A program made the position numbers and the translations under genes. DNA of 64,000 bases from Paramoeba atlantica (Eukaryota > Protista > Discosea), in assembly GCA_977017575.1 (NCBI GenBank), contig CDRNVI010000089.1:62001-126000 (forward strand), written 5' to 3'. Shown here one piece after another: positions 62,390 through 64,000 of this stretch (within the stretch, counting starts at the first letter, position 1; the number at the start of each line of letters is the position of its first letter). Below the pieces are notes generated by a model, which did no database searches, had not been told where the DNA came from, and worked only from the letters and a program-made list of their open reading frames with translations.

Positions 62390-63275
62390 TCAGTGTGTGA
62401 GTGGCACCTCACCTAATATGGAGCGCGCAATCAGAGGTTGGACCCATTGCACAAGAAATCAAGCAAGCCAGCGTGAAAAGTAAATGTACCAGCACTACGT
62501 CGAAATCTGGTTGGACTACTGGAGTAACGTTTTCGTTATATTCGGAAAGCTGCTCAAACGATAAAGTTACCGTTTCTGTAAAAAATCTCAACTTCCTCTG
62601 AAAGTTGGGCACAAAACCGAAACGGGGAAGTAAGGTCGAGACCTCCTCGTGGTGCTACGTGACTTGTCCTACCACGCGCCTTTTCCGCTTTTTTGGCCTT
62701 TTCGTCGGGACAAGTGAGGGGGGGTGACGGTACTTCGCCCATTTTGAGCAGTAACGAAGTATAAAGGGCGGGGGTCTGACCGGCGAAGTATAAAGGGGGG
62801 GGGATCACAGTAAGTGGGTACGGTATACTAAACTTTGTCTAAAAGGCAAAACCAAAATTTTTGCGCCGCTTCGCGGTGCGTTCCTTCTCTACAGTATACT
62901 TGCTAGAAAAATGGTGCCTTGGCCTTCAATTAAGGTGCTTTGCCTGTTATTGCTAGAAATGCTGCACTGTCGCTTCTAGAACGGGACGTCATCCGCTTCT
63001 GTTGTGTTGAAGGGAGTAGGTATACTAAGTGGACATGGGTATACTATCTTGGAACATGGTTTATTATCTATTTCAGTGAAACGTCTCGCCAGTCCCGGCA
63101 TGAAGTTTGAAAAATAAAAAGTTTTTAGCCTAAAATGAAACAATTGTGAATAATAAAAAAATGAGAATAATAACTATAGAGAGGAAGGTTAACTCTTGCG
63201 CGCGGGGGAGGGGTTTAGAAATTAATGGAGGGGGGAGCAGTATCATAAAAGACCATGATCGTTCATCTGTAAGAA

Positions 63276-64000
63276 TCATGCCGCTAGCGTCTGGGAAACC
63301 TTTCGATCAGCCCAAGGAGCTAGACTGCAAAGCAAGAAAAATTCTCGAAGGGCAACTGTCGCATATGTTGATGAAGAAAGTTCAAATTGGAGAGTCAGTA
63401 CAGCTTGAGTATCATATGTTTGACTATTGTTCTCGGGTAAAGGATTTGGCTGTATTGCTGAATCAAATTTTTCTTTCAGAAGCCCTTGGTCGCCGTTTAT
63501 ATGAGTAAGAATTGTTCGGTCTATTAAAAGAGTCGGAATTCTTTCAATATAGAAAAATAAGTGATTGAGACGTTGAATCGTGGGACGAGAAGGTGATTGG
63601 ATACGAATGCCAATAGTTGGATTGAAAGAGAGATCCTCCCATGAAAGCTTATAAAGGCTCAGAAAGTCATTATAATATTGAACAGTGCGAGAGTCTGTTT
63701 CAACTAAACTGACAATAGATTTAGAAAGTAATGGAATAGTTTCAGGAAGATATTGCTTCAAAATTTGTTCAAGAGCAAGGCTAGATGCAGAAAATTGGAT
63801 TCGCAATGTTTGCACGTGCTTAGTAAGGACGAAATTCCAAGCAAGAGACTGAAAAGCGTGATAGTGAAGTAATAACTCGCGATAGGGAATATGTTTCAAA
63901 AAATTCAAAGCTTCGGTTTCAGAGGTTGGACTTCTCTGACGTTTTAGGTTAGTTCTCCTATACAGTTGAAACGCGGGTGAACATTTCAAAAGAGAGTACG
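63276..64000 (-). CDS. PUS7: tRNA pseudouridine synthase TruD/PUS7, 3' part (5' end outside the window)
   Basis: LLLHYHAFQSLAWN and C-terminal LQFELSSSTYATVALRE; the frame is open to the window edge. Confidence 0.82.
   Translation of the reverse strand, partial: YSLLKCSPAFQLYRRTNLKRQRSPTSETEALNFLKHIPYRELLLHYHAFQSLAWNFVLTKHVQTLRIQFSASSLALEQILKQYLPETIPLLSKSIVSLVETDSRTVQYYNDFLSLYKLSWEDLSFNPTIGIRIQSPSRPTIQRLNHLFFYIERIPTLLIDRTILTHINGDQGLLKEKFDSAIQPNPLPENNSQTYDTQAVLTLQFELSSSTYATVALREFFLLCSLAPWADRKVSQTLAA

Larger units (their letters stand above)
58218..62730. mobile_element. 4.5-kb TA-flanked composite TIR element (CCGTCA ends)
   Basis: CCGTCACCCCACCCTCACTTGTCC (58218-41) and GGACAAGTGAGGGGGGGTGACGG (62708-30), with TA at 58216-17 and 62731-32. 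Confidence 0.8.
58199..62810. mobile_element. Approx. 97-bp TA-flanked MITE (CTGTGA ends) split by a 4.5-kb insertion
   Basis: Left TA|CTGTGACCCCACCTTTA-TA; right end ...TATAAAGGGGGGGGGATCACAG|TA. The left TIR continues as CTTCGCCC after the insertion (62733). Confidence 0.75.

Noticed and set aside
54300-62830. Strand-switch region or telomere
   Set aside because: Genes on both sides are on the minus strand, and no TTAGGG arrays were seen.
1-64000. tRNA, rRNA, SL RNA or snRNA genes; TnpB/Fanzor or tyrosine-recombinase genes
   Set aside because: No recognisable T-loop/anticodon structure, SL exon, RuvC or YR motifs were seen by eye. tRNAscan, Infernal or HMM searches would be needed to exclude divergent copies.

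Overview
This is eukaryotic, intron-less, gene-dense DNA from a kinetoplastid. About 30 host genes all lie on the minus strand, as one polycistronic-type cluster. Several genes are kinetoplastid-diagnostic: a POLIB/C/D-type mitochondrial DNA polymerase, a kinetoplastid-type bS18m and a PDZ-containing TOR3. The LRR family, the Merlin transposon and the divergent proteins suggest a Perkinsela-like (prokinetoplastid) lineage; that assignment is inference. Housekeeping genes include RPL3, CstF77, IMP peptidase, a bromodomain factor, FIP1, a CRK kinase, RWDD1, HAS1, Zim17, NAE1, SepSecS, TOR3, NOG2, HYPK, USP36 and partial PUS7. Two things are not explained by the gene list. (1) There are roughly 1-kb islands that are C-rich on the left and G-rich on the right. 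They cut across reading frames (TOR 3' end, bS18m, RPL3) and shift amino-acid composition, which may mark replication origins, internal transcription starts or recombination hotspots. (2) There is an unusually rich set of class II transposons for a kinetoplastid: a complete-ended Merlin with an 8-bp TSD, several TA-flanked MITEs, and a nested cluster at 54.3-62.8 kb. The cluster holds an IS30-like transposase remnant with triple inverted end motifs, a hAT pseudogene, a TCA-TSD TIR element carrying a CRE/SLACS-like retrotransposon fragment, and a possibly TSD-less AAA|TTT element. Insertion order can be partly reconstructed from the sequence. All protein identifications come from motif recognition by eye; no database searches were run.
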